64,000 nt of DNA from Gudongella sp. (GCA_034004165.1 JAVEXI010000001.1:3450-67449); one strand, 5' to 3'; numbered from the stretch's first letter, positions 1 to 10,994 are shown. The notes: generated from the sequence alone by a model not told the origin. Made by a program: numbers and translations.

Positions 1-13
1 GGAGGGGAATTAA

Positions 14-412
14 ATGGCACCTAAAAAAGGCAAAGCAACTCGTGTGAGGAGACGAGAGCGAAAGAACATCGAAAGAGGTCAAGCTCATATTTCTTCATCA
101 TTCAATAATACAATGGTAACATTGACAGACATGCAGGGGAATGTTATATCCTGGGCAAGTGCTGGACAATTAGGATTCAGAGGGTCAAGAAAATCCACTC
201 CCTATGCTGCTCAGCAGGCTGCTGAAGAAGCTGCCAAAAAAGCTATGGAACACGGACTCAAAATTGTCGAAGTATATGTTAAAGGTCCTGGATCAGGAAG
301 AGAAGCTGCAATTAGGTCACTACAAGCATCAGGACTGGAAGTAAGCATGATAAAAGACGTTACTCCAATTCCGCACAATGGTTGCAGACCACCGAAGAGA
401 AGAAGAGTTTAA
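14..412 (+). CDS. rpsK: 30S ribosomal protein S11
   Basis: 132-aa ORF with clear S11-family sequence; GGAGGGG SD at 1-7; heads the conserved rpsK-rpsD-rpoA-rplQ order. Confidence 0.97.
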   Translation: MAPKKGKATRVRRRERKNIERGQAHISSSFNNTMVTLTDMQGNVISWASAGQLGFRGSRKSTPYAAQQAAEEAAKKAMEHGLKIVEVYVKGPGSGREAAIRSLQASGLEVSMIKDVTPIPHNGCRPPKRRRV

Positions 413-430
413 CAGGAGGTGTAGATAAAT

Positions 431-1054
431 ATGGCAAGATATACTGGGCCAACTTGCAGATTGTGCCGAAGAGAGGGTACAAAACTGTTCCTTAAAGGGG
501 ATAGATGTTATTCTGACAAATGCGCTTTAAATAAAAGAAATTTTGCACCCGGACAACATGGAACTTCAAGAAAGAAAGTTACTGAGTACGGTATGCAGTT
601 AAGAGAAAAACAAAAAGTACGTAGATTTTACGGGATTTCTGAGTCTCAAATGTCCAAGTATTTCCTTATGGCTGACAAGATGAAGGGAATTACTGGTGAG
701 AATCTTTTAAGTATATTAGAATCAAGAATGGACAATGTCGTTTTCAGAATGGGTTTTGCTTCATCTAGAGCAGAAGCCAGACAATTGGTAACACACGGAC
801 ATTTCCTTCTCAATGGACATAAAGTGAATATTCCTTCACAGCTTACAACAGTAGGCGATGTTATTGAAGTTAAGGAAAAAAGCAGAGGCAGCGAGAAGTT
901 TAAAGCTCTTGTTGAAAATCACAATGGGAATGCAGTTCCATGGGTGAGTGTAGACCTTGAAAAGATGAGAGGTTCTATAGTAGCAGCATCAACAAGAGAA
1001 GACATAGACCTCCCAGTAGAAGAGCACTTGATCGTTGAGCTTTACTCGAGATAA
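431..1054 (+). CDS. rpsD: 30S ribosomal protein S4
   Basis: 207-aa ORF, N-terminal [15 protein letters not shown] and S4 RNA-binding domain; AGGAGG SD upstream. Confidence 0.97.
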   Translation: MARYTGPTCRLCRREGTKLFLKGDRCYSDKCALNKRNFAPGQHGTSRKKVTEYGMQLREKQKVRRFYGISESQMSKYFLMADKMKGITGENLLSILESRMDNVVFRMGFASSRAEARQLVTHGHFLLNGHKVNIPSQLTTVGDVIEVKEKSRGSEKFKALVENHNGNAVPWVSVDLEKMRGSIVAASTREDIDLPVEEHLIVELYSR

Positions 1055-1119
1055 TCGATAAAGCCGATATTAGTTGCCCTCGTCCGTTAAAAACCAAAAG
1101 TCAAGGAGGGTTATGATTA

Positions 1120-2067
1120 ATGATTGAGATAGAAAAACCCAGAATAGAGATAATTGAATTAAGCGAAGATGGAAGCTATGGTAAGTTCATTGTTGAACCG
1201 CTTGAGAGAGGATATGGAACTACTCTGGGTAACTCCCTGAGAAGAGTGCTGTTATCATCTCTGCCAGGTGCTGCCATTTCTAGTGTGAAGTTCCAGGGTG
1301 TATTGCATGAATTTGCAACTATACCAGGAGTACTGGAGGATGTTCCTGAAATCATTCTAAACATCAAGGAGATTGCTGCCAAGATGTATACAGAAGAGCC
1401 AGTTACCATGCTAATAGATGCAGTTGGGCCACAGGTAGTAACCGCAGGCGATATCGCTACAGGTATGGAAGTTGAAATCGTAAATAAAGATCAGTACATT
1501 GCTACTGTAAATGAAGATGGAAGACTTAACATTGAACTGGAGCTAATCAGAGGCAGGGGCTATTCCATAGCGGAAAAAAACAAAAAAGATGGACAACCAG
1601 TTGGCGTTATACCAGTAGATTCATCATTTACCCCAGTCAGCAAAGTAAATTATAAAATTGAAAATACTAGGGTAGGACAAATCACTGACTATGACAAGCT
1701 GGTTTTGGAAGTCTGGACAAATGGTACTATGAGTGCTGATGAAGCTACTTCGCTTGGTGCTAAAATTTTGACAGAACACCTGAATTTATTCATCGGATTG
1801 ACAGAACACGTTAACGATGTTGAAATAATGGTTGAAAAAGAAGAGGATAAGAAAGAAAAAGTTCTTGAAATGACTGTTGAAGAACTGGATCTTTCAGTCC
1901 GTAGCTATAACTGCCTTAAAAGGGCAGCAATAAATACAGTGGAAGAGCTTACTCAGAAAACTGAGGAAGACATGATGAAAGTAAGAAACCTTGGGAAAAA
2001 ATCCCTTGAAGAAGTTCAAAGAAAGCTTGCTGAATTAGGTTTGAGCCTCAAAAGCAGCGATGAGTAA
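1120..2067 (+). CDS. rpoA: DNA-directed RNA polymerase alpha subunit
   Basis: 315-aa ORF; N-terminal assembly domain and C-terminal helix-hairpin-helix ([14 protein letters not shown]); AGGAGGG SD. Confidence 0.97.
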   Translation: MIEIEKPRIEIIELSEDGSYGKFIVEPLERGYGTTLGNSLRRVLLSSLPGAAISSVKFQGVLHEFATIPGVLEDVPEIILNIKEIAAKMYTEEPVTMLIDAVGPQVVTAGDIATGMEVEIVNKDQYIATVNEDGRLNIELELIRGRGYSIAEKNKKDGQPVGVIPVDSSFTPVSKVNYKIENTRVGQITDYDKLVLEVWTNGTMSADEATSLGAKILTEHLNLFIGLTEHVNDVEIMVEKEEDKKEKVLEMTVEELDLSVRSYNCLKRAAINTVEELTQKTEEDMMKVRNLGKKSLEEVQRKLAELGLSLKSSDE

Positions 2068-2091
2068 TCATAGCGAGAAGGAGGGATTGAT

Positions 2092-2433
2092 ATGACAACT
2101 TTAAGAAAGCTGGGACGTCTTACATCTCACAGAAAAGCGATGTTGAGAAATCTGGTCACTTCTTTGTTAAGAGAAGAGAGAATAGAAACCACAGTAACCA
2201 GAGCAAAAGAAGCTAAGAGAATGGCAGAAAAGATGATTACCCTAGGCAAAAGGGGAGATCTCCATGCCAGAAGGCAGGCACTGGCCTATATATATGATGA
2301 AGATGTTGTCAAGAAACTGTTTGACGAAATTGCTCCAAAGTATGCCGAAAGAAATGGTGGCTATACAAGAGTAATCAAAGTGGGACCACGTCGTGGAGAC
2401 GGAGCTGAGATAGCTATATTGGAACTGGTGTAA
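2092..2433 (+). CDS. rplQ: 50S ribosomal protein L17
   Basis: 113-aa ORF with L17-family sequence; follows rpoA as in the alpha operon; GGAGGG SD. Confidence 0.97.
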   Translation: MTTLRKLGRLTSHRKAMLRNLVTSLLREERIETTVTRAKEAKRMAEKMITLGKRGDLHARRQALAYIYDEDVVKKLFDEIAPKYAERNGGYTRVIKVGPRRGDGAEIAILELV

Positions 2434-2541
2434 AACGTGGGGGATTAAGTTTGAGGGCTTAGTCCCTTTGTCTTTGATTGAATAACGGGTATCCATATGG
2501 TATATTGTACTGGTAAGATAATAACCGATAGAGGTAGTGCA

Positions 2542-3378
2542 ATGAATGAAAACATTATGATCGACATACAAAAAGTTTGCTACGAATATACTTCATATAT
2601 TGATGAAAGCATTCAACTGGCAGTCAAAGAACTTAGCCTGCAGATTAAAAGAGGAGAATTCATCGCTATTTTAGGACATAACGGCTCTGGCAAGTCTACT
2701 CTTGCAAAGCTGATTAATGGCCTTATTTTGCCGTCCAGTGGGGATGTCTTTGTAAATGGAATAAATACCAAGGATGAAGAAAGAATATGGGACATTAGAT
2801 CGACAGCAGGTATGGTTTTCCAAAATCCTGATAACCAGATAGTTGCAACAATCGTGGAAGAAGATGTTGCTTTTGGACCTGAAAACTTGGGAATTCCACC
2901 ATTAGAAATTAGAAAAAGAGTTGACGAAGCATTGGAGACTGTTGAAATGAGTGAATATAAGTCCCATGCACCGCATCTCTTATCTGGTGGACAGAAACAG
3001 AGAGTTGCCATCGCAGGTATACTTGCTATGGAACCAGAATGTATTATATTTGATGAACCAACAGCAATGCTAGATCCAGTTGGCAGGCAGGAAGTAATGG
3101 ATACCATAAAGAAGCTTAATAAGGAAAAGAATAAGACAATAATTCTAATTACTCATTATATGGACGAGGCTGTAGAAGCCGACAGAGTAATGGTTTTAAA
3201 CGAAGGAGAGGCCGTATTAATGGGCGCTCCCAATGAGATATTCAGAAAAGTAGAGCTATTAAAATCTCTTGGACTTGATGTGCCTCAAGTAACAGAACTG
3301 GTTTATGAAATAAACAAGGAAGGGTACTCTTTTAGAGATGATGTTCTATCTGTAGAGGAGCTGGTAAAACTATTATGA
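2542..3378 (+). CDS. ecfA1: ECF transporter ATPase component A1
   Basis: Walker [10 protein letters not shown], signature [12 protein letters not shown], Walker B IIFDEPT. I prefer ATG 2542 (GAGGT SD at 2531-2535) over the track start 2497. Confidence 0.9.
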   Translation: MNENIMIDIQKVCYEYTSYIDESIQLAVKELSLQIKRGEFIAILGHNGSGKSTLAKLINGLILPSSGDVFVNGINTKDEERIWDIRSTAGMVFQNPDNQIVATIVEEDVAFGPENLGIPPLEIRKRVDEALETVEMSEYKSHAPHLLSGGQKQRVAIAGILAMEPECIIFDEPTAMLDPVGRQEVMDTIKKLNKEKNKTIILITHYMDEAVEADRVMVLNEGEAVLMGAPNEIFRKVELLKSLGLDVPQVTELVYEINKEGYSFRDDVLSVEELVKLL

Positions 3379-4238
3379 TAATCCAGATAAAAGAACTCAA
3401 TTTTGTGTATAATCCAGGGACTCCTTTTGAGAAAAAGGCTCTAGATGACATAAACCTTACTATTGAAGAAGGCGAATTCATAGGGCTAATAGGGCATACC
3501 GGCTCTGGAAAGTCTACTTTGGTGCAACATCTAAATGGACTTATTAAGCCTACTTCTGGAGAGATTATTATTGATGGAGAGAGCCTTTCTGACAAGAATA
3601 CTAAAATGCGAAGCATAAGGCAGAAAGTAGGTCTTGTGTTTCAGTATCCAGAACATCAGCTGTTTGAGGAAACAATTTATAAGGATATAGCTTTTGGTCC
3701 AAAGAATTTAGGTCTTTCACAAGAAGAGGTGGATGAACGGGTTCGTTACGCCATGGATCTTGTTGGTCTCGACTTTGAAGAGTTGAAGGAAAGATCTCCA
3801 TTTGAACTATCCGGAGGACAGAAGAGGAGAGTAGCAATAGCTGGAGTAGTTGCTATGAAACCAAAGGTTCTGGTACTTGATGAGCCTACAGCAGGTCTTG
3901 ACCCTAAGGGAAGAGATGACATTCTCGAAGAGATAAGAAACCTCTACGAAAAAGAAAATATCACAATTATACTTGTTTCTCATAGCATGGAGGATATTGC
4001 CAGGCTTGTAAACAGGATATTTGTAATGCATAAAAGTAAAGTCGCTATGGATGGGACCACGAGAGAGATTTTTAGGAAATCTGATGAACTGGAGAGCATG
4101 GGTCTTGGAGTACCTCAGATAACAAAATTTATGAAGAGATTCAAGGCACTGGGGCATCCAGTCAGAGATGACATCCTCACTGTTGAAGAAGCTAAGATAG
4201 AGATGCTGAAATATTTGAGAGGTAAGAAAGATGCTTAA
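3375..4238 (+). CDS. ecfA2: ECF transporter ATPase component A2
   Basis: Walker [29 protein letters not shown]; 4-nt overlap with ecfA1. Confidence 0.9.
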   Translation: MIIQIKELNFVYNPGTPFEKKALDDINLTIEEGEFIGLIGHTGSGKSTLVQHLNGLIKPTSGEIIIDGESLSDKNTKMRSIRQKVGLVFQYPEHQLFEETIYKDIAFGPKNLGLSQEEVDERVRYAMDLVGLDFEELKERSPFELSGGQKRRVAIAGVVAMKPKVLVLDEPTAGLDPKGRDDILEEIRNLYEKENITIILVSHSMEDIARLVNRIFVMHKSKVAMDGTTREIFRKSDELESMGLGVPQITKFMKRFKALGHPVRDDILTVEEAKIEMLKYLRGKKDA

Positions 4239-5031
4239 AGACATAACTATAGGTCAATATTTTCCGGGCACTTCGATTGTTCACAAACTTGACCCGAGGG
4301 TCAAAATCGTAGTGACTGCAATGTTTATCGCTTCGTTATTCTTTATTACGAAGTTTTATCCCTATGCTCTGATAGTATTGTTTATTGGAATGGTAATTAA
4401 CAATGCAAAACTTCCAATTAAATTTATATTAAAGGGCTTAAAACCATTGATGTTCATAATACTGATTACTTTTGCGATCAATCTCTTTATGACTAAAGGA
4501 GAGGTACTAGTAACTTTAGGACCGCTTACAGTCACAAAAGAAGGTCTGAGACAATCAGTATTTATGGCTTTGAGGCTAGTATTCCTAATAACAGGTACAT
4601 CGCTTCTGACTCTCACAACATCGCCAATAGCTCTTACAGATGGAATAGAAAAACTACTTTCACCATTCAAAAAAATTGGACTGCCTGCTCACGAGTTGGC
4701 TATGATGATGACTATAGCGCTGAGATTTATACCTACGTTGCTTGAAGAAACTGATAAAATTATGAAAGCACAAATGGCAAGAGGTGCAGATTTTGAATCG
4801 GGAAACATATTAAACAGAGCAAAAAACCTGGTACCGCTATTAGTTCCTTTATTTATCAATGCCTTCAGAAGAGCAGATGACCTTGCGACCGCAATGGAAG
4901 CCAGGTGTTACAGAGGTGGAGATGGAAGGACAAGACTCAATGAATTGATGTTTAAGAAAAGCGATTATGTCATACTTACTGGGATGATAGCATTTTTCGG
5001 AGTATTGATATCTACCAGGTATTTTGGGTGA
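4231..5031 (+). CDS. ecfT: ECF transporter transmembrane component T
   Basis: 266-aa polytopic membrane ORF with the EcfT-type ...MARGADF... coupling motif; overlaps ecfA2 by 8 nt. Confidence 0.9.
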   Translation: MLKDITIGQYFPGTSIVHKLDPRVKIVVTAMFIASLFFITKFYPYALIVLFIGMVINNAKLPIKFILKGLKPLMFIILITFAINLFMTKGEVLVTLGPLTVTKEGLRQSVFMALRLVFLITGTSLLTLTTSPIALTDGIEKLLSPFKKIGLPAHELAMMMTIALRFIPTLLEETDKIMKAQMARGADFESGNILNRAKNLVPLLVPLFINAFRRADDLATAMEARCYRGGDGRTRLNELMFKKSDYVILTGMIAFFGVLISTRYFG

Positions 5032-5035
5032 TAAT

Positions 5036-5785
5036 ATGAGAAACATTAAACTCTTGATAGAGTATGATGGCACAAGATACAATGGATGGCAGTATCAGGA
5101 AAATGGCATATCTATCCAGCAAGAAATAGAAGATGCTTTTTATAGAATTACTGGAGAAAAAGTTAAACTAATAGGTTCTGGAAGAACTGATGCAGGAGTT
5201 CATGCACTGGGACAGGTGGCAAATTTTTTTACTGATTCAACTATTCCTGGGAAGAAAATCAAATATGCACTCAATAATGAATTGCCTGATGACATCAAGA
5301 TAATTGACTCAGAAGAGGCAGAATTTAAATTTCATTCACGCTTTGACGCAACACATAAGAGATACAGATACAGAATATACACTGGCGAAGTGGAAAGACC
5401 AATGTTGAGGAATTATACCTATCATTTTAAATATCATCTGGATGTAGAACTTATGAGAAATGCAGCGAAAGATTATATTGGAACTCATGATTACGCTGCC
5501 TTTAAAGGTCGCAGAAGTGTGACAAAGACAACCATAAGGACAATAAACAGCATAGACATTGTCAAAAAAGGAATGATAATTGAAATTATTATTGATGGTA
5601 ACAGTTTTATGAGAAATATGGTTCGAATAATGGTGGGAACTCTCATAGAAATAGGAAACGGTCAACGAGATAAAAACTCGATTTCCAGACTATTCACATC
5701 GGGAGATAGAAATCATTCGGGGTTTACAGCTCCAGGGAAAGGATTGTTTTTAGATAGTGTATTTTATGATGAAATCAACTGTTGA
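5036..5785 (+). CDS. truA: tRNA pseudouridine(38-40) synthase
   Basis: GSGRTDAGVHA catalytic-Asp motif; the usual gene after ecfAAT. ATG 5036 preferred; a TTG at 5024 is the alternative. Confidence 0.9.
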   Translation: MRNIKLLIEYDGTRYNGWQYQENGISIQQEIEDAFYRITGEKVKLIGSGRTDAGVHALGQVANFFTDSTIPGKKIKYALNNELPDDIKIIDSEEAEFKFHSRFDATHKRYRYRIYTGEVERPMLRNYTYHFKYHLDVELMRNAAKDYIGTHDYAAFKGRRSVTKTTIRTINSIDIVKKGMIIEIIIDGNSFMRNMVRIMVGTLIEIGNGQRDKNSISRLFTSGDRNHSGFTAPGKGLFLDSVFYDEINC

Positions 5786-5886
5786 CATCAGTATTTCATT
5801 GTATTAGAATATATAAGTGTGTGTAAGAAGAACCCGGAAACTTCTTATTAACACCTTTAGAAAAGTTGTTGCAAGGAGGGAAAAAT
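5782..5886 (+). promoter_or_regulatory. rplM-rpsI promoter plus structured leader (candidate L13-type autoregulatory leader)
   Basis: TTGACA 5782-5787, 17-nt spacer, TAGAAT 5805-5810; leader hairpin TAAGAAG/CTTCTTA 5824-5847 ahead of the AGGAGGG SD at 5874-5880. Confidence 0.45.
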
Positions 5887-6315
5887 TTGAAAAGTTACAT
5901 GGCTAAAGCCAGCGAAGTAGAAAGAAAATGGTATATCATAGATGCTGAAGACAAAGTACTCGGCAGACTTGCAACAGAGGTGGCTACTATTTTAAGAGGC
6001 AAGAACAAGCCGGTTTACACACCTCATGTTGATACAGGAGATTATGTAATAATAATAAATGCTGAAAAAGTTAAACTTACAGGTAAAAAGCTAGAGCAAA
6101 ATGAGCACATTTACCATACAGGACATCCCGGAGGTTTGAAGCGAGTTCCTTATCAAAGACTTATGGAAAAGAACCCAGAGAAGATAATTGAACTTGCTGT
6201 AAAGGGAATGCTTCCCAAAAATAGCCTCGGCAGAAGTATGTACAGGAAATTAAAGGTATACAGCGGGACAGAGCATGGACATGAAGCTCAAAAACCCGAA
6301 GTATACGAATTTTAA
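5887..6315 (+). CDS. rplM: 50S ribosomal protein L13
   Basis: L13-family sequence. A TTG start at 5887 gives the typical N-terminus (M)[15 protein letters not shown], 6 nt after the SD; the track start 5866 is probably too long. Confidence 0.95.
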   Translation: MKSYMAKASEVERKWYIIDAEDKVLGRLATEVATILRGKNKPVYTPHVDTGDYVIIINAEKVKLTGKKLEQNEHIYHTGHPGGLKRVPYQRLMEKNPEKIIELAVKGMLPKNSLGRSMYRKLKVYSGTEHGHEAQKPEVYEF

Positions 6316-6339
6316 TCTGGTTAGAAGGGAGGACTGTAA

Positions 6340-6732
6340 ATGGCTGTAACACAATTTTTAGGAACTGGAAGAAGAAAGACATCTGTTGCTAGAGTCAGAC
6401 TTCTACCTGGAAATGGAAATTTCACAATTAATAATAGAGATATTGAAGAATTTTTCGATTACGAGACTCTGAGAGTAATAGCCAGAGAACCGCTGACCAT
6501 AACTGATACTCTTGATAAATACGATGTATTTGTCAACGTATATGGCGGAGGCTTCACAGGACAGGCAGGCGCTATCAGACACGGAATCGCCAGAGCACTT
6601 CTCGAAGCAGACGGAGAGCTGAGACCTTTACTTAAGAAGGCTGGGCACCTCACAAGAGATCCGAGAATGAAAGAAAGAAAGAAATATGGACTTAAAAAAG
6701 CAAGAAGAAGTCCACAGTTCAGCAAGAGATAA
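6340..6732 (+). CDS. rpsI: 30S ribosomal protein S9
   Basis: 130-aa ORF with the S9-family C-terminal ...[12 protein letters not shown]; GGGAGG SD. Confidence 0.97.
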   Translation: MAVTQFLGTGRRKTSVARVRLLPGNGNFTINNRDIEEFFDYETLRVIAREPLTITDTLDKYDVFVNVYGGGFTGQAGAIRHGIARALLEADGELRPLLKKAGHLTRDPRMKERKKYGLKKARRSPQFSKR

Positions 6733-6743
6733 TGAACAAGAAA

Positions 6744-6771
6744 ACGCCATTGTTAGCAATGGCGTCTTTTT
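6744..6771. terminator. Bidirectional rho-independent terminator (rpsI / convergent AKR gene)
   Basis: Stem ACGCCATTG (6744-6752) / CAATGGCGT (6757-6765), loop TTAG; T-run 6767-6771 and an A-run on the other side. Confidence 0.8.
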
Positions 6772-6799
6772 ATGCTCAAAATTATATGTTTTTGATTAA

Positions 6800-6841
6800 T
6801 TATCCACTGTGGATTGTGGATAATGTGGATAATGTGGGAAA
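6800..6841. promoter_or_regulatory. Cluster of five abutting DnaA boxes
   Basis: TTATCCACt (6800-6808, +). On the - strand: cAATCCACA (6816-6808), TTATCCACA (6823-6815, perfect), TTATCCACA (6832-6824, perfect) and TTtcCCACA (6841-6833). Confidence 0.6.
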
Positions 6842-6877
6842 ATATTTGCATAAATCATGTGTTTGTTAAGAAATTTG

Positions 6878-8002
6878 CTATTGTAGTGCGTTGTGAGCCT
6901 CTTTTAATAGGTCGATTATTGGAAGCTGCTGTGGACAAATTGCTTCACATTCTCCACACTCTACGCAAGAAAGAGATGACTGACCTCTTTCATCAAGTAA
7001 TTGATAAGATTGCTTTGATTGAGCTACTTCACCAAATACACTCATATTGTTATATAAGCCAAATATCTGGGGTATTTTAACACCAGAACTGCATGGCTGG
7101 CAGTAATTGCAGCTTGTACATCCAACCTTAACTCTATTCTTAAAATAATTCTCTGCTTTATCAACAATCTCAAGCTCTACACTGGATAATGGTTCTAAGT
7201 CTGAGCTTATTTTAATATTCTCATCCACCTGCTCAAAGTTGGACATCCCACTTAAAACAACCTTAACTCCTTCAAGTCCCTGAACCCATTTTAGGGCGTA
7301 TTCAGCTGGAGTTCGTTCTCTGTTAGATTCAGAAAAGATATCATGAAGTTCTTCAGGGACAACAGCAAGCCTCCCTCCCTTTAGAGGCTCCATAACTATA
7401 ACATCAATCCCTTTAGATCTGGCATACTCAAGACCTTTAATGCCAGCCTGATATTCTCTGTCTATGTAATTGAGTTGAATCTGGCAGAAGTCCCAAGGAT
7501 AGGAGTCAATAATCTCCTTAAAAACTGGAAATTCGTCGTGAAAAGAAAAACCAATATTTTTGATTTTTCCAGTTGCTTTTGCGTTCTCAATAAATCCAAA
7601 TACATTTAAAGATTTAATTTTTTGAAAACTTTTTTGATCAAGTGAGTGAAGAAGGTAAAAATCGACGTTTTTCGTCTGTAAATTAACGAGTTGCTCGTCG
7701 AGATATTTCATAAAATCGTCATGTTCTTGCGCAAGCCAAACAGGGTTTTTTGTGGCTAGATATACCTTATCTCTCAGGCCGCGGGACAGAACATGACCCA
7801 CAAATTCCTCTGATTTTCCGCTATGATAAGGATATGCGGTATCAAGATAATTAACACCGTTTTCTATGGCATACCTGAGCATTTTTTCGGAGGCCTCGTA
7901 ATCAATTTTAGAATTGTCTCCATCAAGTACGGGAAATCGCATACAACCAAAGCCTAATAGTGAAACATTTAACTTTTTACCTGTAATCTCGCGGTATTGC
8001 AT
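6878..8002 (-). CDS. Aldo/keto reductase family oxidoreductase with C-terminal 4Fe-4S ferredoxin-type domain
   Basis: 374-aa ORF; AKR TIM-barrel N-terminal part (LGFGCMRFP...DTAYPYH), C-terminal CTSCNYCQPC and CVECGECEAICP cluster motifs; AAGGAGG SD. Confidence 0.85.
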   Translation of the reverse strand: MQYREITGKKLNVSLLGFGCMRFPVLDGDNSKIDYEASEKMLRYAIENGVNYLDTAYPYHSGKSEEFVGHVLSRGLRDKVYLATKNPVWLAQEHDDFMKYLDEQLVNLQTKNVDFYLLHSLDQKSFQKIKSLNVFGFIENAKATGKIKNIGFSFHDEFPVFKEIIDSYPWDFCQIQLNYIDREYQAGIKGLEYARSKGIDVIVMEPLKGGRLAVVPEELHDIFSESNRERTPAEYALKWVQGLEGVKVVLSGMSNFEQVDENIKISSDLEPLSSVELEIVDKAENYFKNRVKVGCTSCNYCQPCSSGVKIPQIFGLYNNMSVFGEVAQSKQSYQLLDERGQSSLSCVECGECEAICPQQLPIIDLLKEAHNALQ

Positions 8003-8153
8003 ATAAAAACCTCCTTATGTATAATGAAATCATACTACCCTTTAAGAGTTGGAACAGCTGTCTTTTGGTTTTCAAGATTAAAGAAATACCGAAAGGGTAG
8101 AATTAGTGTAGCTCAATGAAATTATACCACAATTAAAAGGAAGGAGTGATTAG

Positions 8154-9254
8154 ATGGACGCAAAAAAGACCCCACTATATGACAAACATGTTGAGTTGGG
8201 GGGAAATGTTGTCGACTATGCAGGGTGGTTTTTACCTGTAGAGTACAAAGGATTGGTACCTGAACATCACGCTGTAAGGAATGCTGTTGGAATGTTTGAC
8301 GTATCTCATATGGGTGAGATAACTGTTAAAGGTAAAGACGCACTTGCTTTTGTGAATTATCTTGTTGCCAACGACATATCAACTCTTGTCGACAAACAAA
8401 TACTTTATACACATTTTTGCAACCCTGAGGGAGGTGTAGTTGACGACCTCTTAGTGTATCGCTTTGGAGAAGATGACTTCTATTTGGTTGTAAACGCATC
8501 GAACACTGCTAAGGACATGGATTGGATTACGAAGCACAAAGGCAGTTTTGATGTAGAAGTGGAGAACATATCTGATACTGTTGGAGAAGTTGCAGTACAG
8601 GGTCCACTGGCTGAAAAAGTTGTACAAAAGCTTACAGATTTTGACCTGTCACAAATTAAATTCTTCTTCCTAGAAAGAAATGTCAAAATTGCTGGTGTAG
8701 ATTGTATGGTATCGAGAACTGGTTATACAGGAGAAGATGGATTCGAGATCTACACTGACAACGAAGGTATACTCAAAGTATGGGATGCTGTTATGGAAGC
8801 AGGAGCCGAAGAAGGAATAATGCCTTGTGGACTGGGATGTCGTGACACTCTTAGATTTGAAGCTTCACTTCCACTTTATGGGCACGAGTTTGATGACACA
8901 ATAACTCCACTTGAGGCAGGATTTAAGTTCTTCGTAAAACTTAAGAAAGAGTCAGATTTCATTGGTAAAGAAGCTCTTAATAAGCAATGGACTGAAGGAC
9001 TTGAAAGGAAACTAGCAGGATTTGAACTAGTAGACCGAGGTATAGCCAGGGAAGGCTATGAAGTCTATAAAGATGGAGAGAAAATTGGTCACGTAACTAC
9101 AGGGTACATGAGCCCATCTGTAGGTAAAGTTATCGGTAATGCTCTGATTAAAACAGAATTTACAGAGTTAGGTACAGAAATTGATATTAAGATCAGAAAC
9201 AAATTCGCGAAAGCGAAAGTAATAAGCAAAAAATTCTTGGATATGAAAAAATAG
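8154..9254 (+). CDS. gcvT: Glycine cleavage system T protein (aminomethyltransferase)
   Basis: 366-aa ORF with GcvT-family sequence (TPLYDKH...MFDVSHMGE); first gene of the gcv operon. Confidence 0.95.
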   Translation: MDAKKTPLYDKHVELGGNVVDYAGWFLPVEYKGLVPEHHAVRNAVGMFDVSHMGEITVKGKDALAFVNYLVANDISTLVDKQILYTHFCNPEGGVVDDLLVYRFGEDDFYLVVNASNTAKDMDWITKHKGSFDVEVENISDTVGEVAVQGPLAEKVVQKLTDFDLSQIKFFFLERNVKIAGVDCMVSRTGYTGEDGFEIYTDNEGILKVWDAVMEAGAEEGIMPCGLGCRDTLRFEASLPLYGHEFDDTITPLEAGFKFFVKLKKESDFIGKEALNKQWTEGLERKLAGFELVDRGIAREGYEVYKDGEKIGHVTTGYMSPSVGKVIGNALIKTEFTELGTEIDIKIRNKFAKAKVISKKFLDMKK

Positions 9255-9265
9255 GAGGGTAAATT

Positions 9266-9649
9266 ATGAAAGTTGTTAAAGGTTTGTTGTACACCAAAGA
9301 TCACGAGTGGATCAAAGTAGAAGGTGATGAAGCTTTTGTAGGTATTTCTGACTATGCACAACATCATCTGGGAGACATCGTATATGTTGAGCTGCCAGAA
9401 GTAGACGACGAACTTGAAAAAGGTGAAGCTTTTGCAGCTGTTGAGTCAGTAAAAGCAGCTTCAGATGTCTACCTTCCTGCAGGTGGAAAAATTGTTGAAG
9501 TAAACGAAGAATTAGTTGACGATCCAGCGCTTTTGAATGCTGATGCATTTGAAAACTGGATGGTGAAAATTGAGCTTGCAGACAAAGCAGATCTTGATGA
9601 TCTTATGACTAGTGAGGATTACGAAAAGTTTTTAGCTGAGGAGGTATAG
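9266..9649 (+). CDS. gcvH: Glycine cleavage system H protein
   Basis: 127-aa ORF with the lipoyl-lysine motif ESVKAASD. Confidence 0.95.
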   Translation: MKVVKGLLYTKDHEWIKVEGDEAFVGISDYAQHHLGDIVYVELPEVDDELEKGEAFAAVESVKAASDVYLPAGGKIVEVNEELVDDPALLNADAFENWMVKIELADKADLDDLMTSEDYEKFLAEEV

Positions 9650-9650
9650 T

Positions 9651-10994
9651 ATGCATCCTTATATACCTGCAACTCCTGAGGATATCCAGGAAATGCTGAA
9701 GGCCATTGGCCTAGAAAGCGTAGACCAGCTATTTGATGATATTCCTAAAGAGGTACATCTAAAAGATGGCCTGGATATTCCAGATTCAAAAAGTGAATTG
9801 GAGGTTGCCGCTTATCTGAAGAACCTGGCAGAAAAAAACTGTTCAATGTCTCAGATGACAAGCTTTCTGGGAGCCGGAACCTATGATCATTACATTCCGG
9901 CAATAGTCGATAGACTTATATCGAGAAGCGAATTTTATACATCGTATACACCTTATCAGCCCGAAATCAGCCAGGGTACATTGCAGTATATATTTGAGTT
10001 TCAGACACTGATTTGCAATCTGACTGGAATGGATGTAGCTAATGCTTCCCTGTACGATGGAGGAACAGCAATCACTGAAGCTGCGCTAATGGCTGCAGCA
10101 TATTCAAAGAAGGATGAACTGATAATATCCAAGTCAGTTAAGCCTGATGCGAGAAAGATACTTCACACTTATGCACATGTTCAGAATCTAAAAGTAATTG
10201 AAGTTGACATTAAAGATGGAGTAACTGATATAGAAGCACTTGAAGGACTTGTATCCGACAATACTGCTGCAGTTATCGTTCAGAGTCCAAACTTCTTTGG
10301 TATAATTGAAGACTTAAAGGCGATAGGAGAGGTTGCACACAAGGGTAAAAAGACTACTTTTGTAGCTGCAGTCGATCCAATATCACTGGGAATTCTAAAG
10401 AAACCAAGAGATCTTGGAGTTGACGTAGTAGTAGGTGAAGGTCAATCTTTAGGAATTCCTGTAAGCTTTGGAGGCCCATATCTTGGATTTATGGCAGTAA
10501 GAAGCGAGTACGTCAGGAAACTGCCTGGCAGAATTGTTGGACAAACTGAAGACCTTGACGGCAAGAGATCATTCGTATTGACGCTGACGGCAAGAGAGCA
10601 ACATATTAGAAGAGAAAAAGCTACATCTAATATTTGTTCTAACCAAGGTTTGAACTCCCTTGCAGCTACTATTTACATGGTTACTTTAGGCAAGGAAGGG
10701 CTTAGGGAAGTTGCATCACAGTCCGCAAAGAAAGCACATTATGCTTTTGAACAGATGACTAAATCAGGAAAATTCAAACCTATGTTTGATAAGCCATTCT
10801 TCAAAGAATTTGCTGTGAAGTCCGAAATGGATCCTTCAGCAGTAAACGAAGCTCTAAAAGAAGAGAAGATAATTGGTGGATACAACTTAAGTATTGATTA
10901 TCCTGAGTTAGAGGGCGGAATACTCTATGCTGTAACTGAAAAGCGTACGAAGGAAGAAATAGATAAGCTGACTGGCGTATTGGAGGGAATATAA
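9651..10994 (+). CDS. gcvPA: Glycine dehydrogenase (decarboxylating) subunit 1
   Basis: 447-aa ORF with P-protein alpha-subunit sequence; tightly coupled to gcvH and gcvPB. Confidence 0.95.
   Translation: MHPYIPATPEDIQEMLKAIGLESVDQLFDDIPKEVHLKDGLDIPDSKSELEVAAYLKNLAEKNCSMSQMTSFLGAGTYDHYIPAIVDRLISRSEFYTSYTPYQPEISQGTLQYIFEFQTLICNLTGMDVANASLYDGGTAITEAALMAAAYSKKDELIISKSVKPDARKILHTYAHVQNLKVIEVDIKDGVTDIEALEGLVSDNTAAVIVQSPNFFGIIEDLKAIGEVAHKGKKTTFVAAVDPISLGILKKPRDLGVDVVVGEGQSLGIPVSFGGPYLGFMAVRSEYVRKLPGRIVGQTEDLDGKRSFVLTLTAREQHIRREKATSNICSNQGLNSLAATIYMVTLGKEGLREVASQSAKKAHYAFEQMTKSGKFKPMFDKPFFKEFAVKSEMDPSAVNEALKEEKIIGGYNLSIDYPELEGGILYAVTEKRTKEEIDKLTGVLEGI

Noticed and set aside
2613-3107. Long antisense ORFs inside known genes, for example 2613..3107, 38553..39068, 46306..46737, 53834..54265 and 27945..28337
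   Set aside because: Each lies opposite a gene with unambiguous family motifs, lacks an SD and has shadow-ORF composition, so I treated them as non-coding.
6814-7080. 88-aa + strand ORF starting MWIMWIMWENI
   Set aside because: The repetitive N-terminus is simply the translation of the tandem TGTGGATAA DnaA boxes. The rest is antisense to the 3-prime end of the AKR/Fe-S gene, and there is no SD.
8003-8153. Canonical glycine riboswitch upstream of gcvT
   Set aside because: I expected one from the context, but the hallmark GGAGAG and ACCGAAGGGGCAA-type elements are missing and the 150-nt gap is too short for a tandem aptamer. Only the weaker, non-canonical structure reported in the findings remains.
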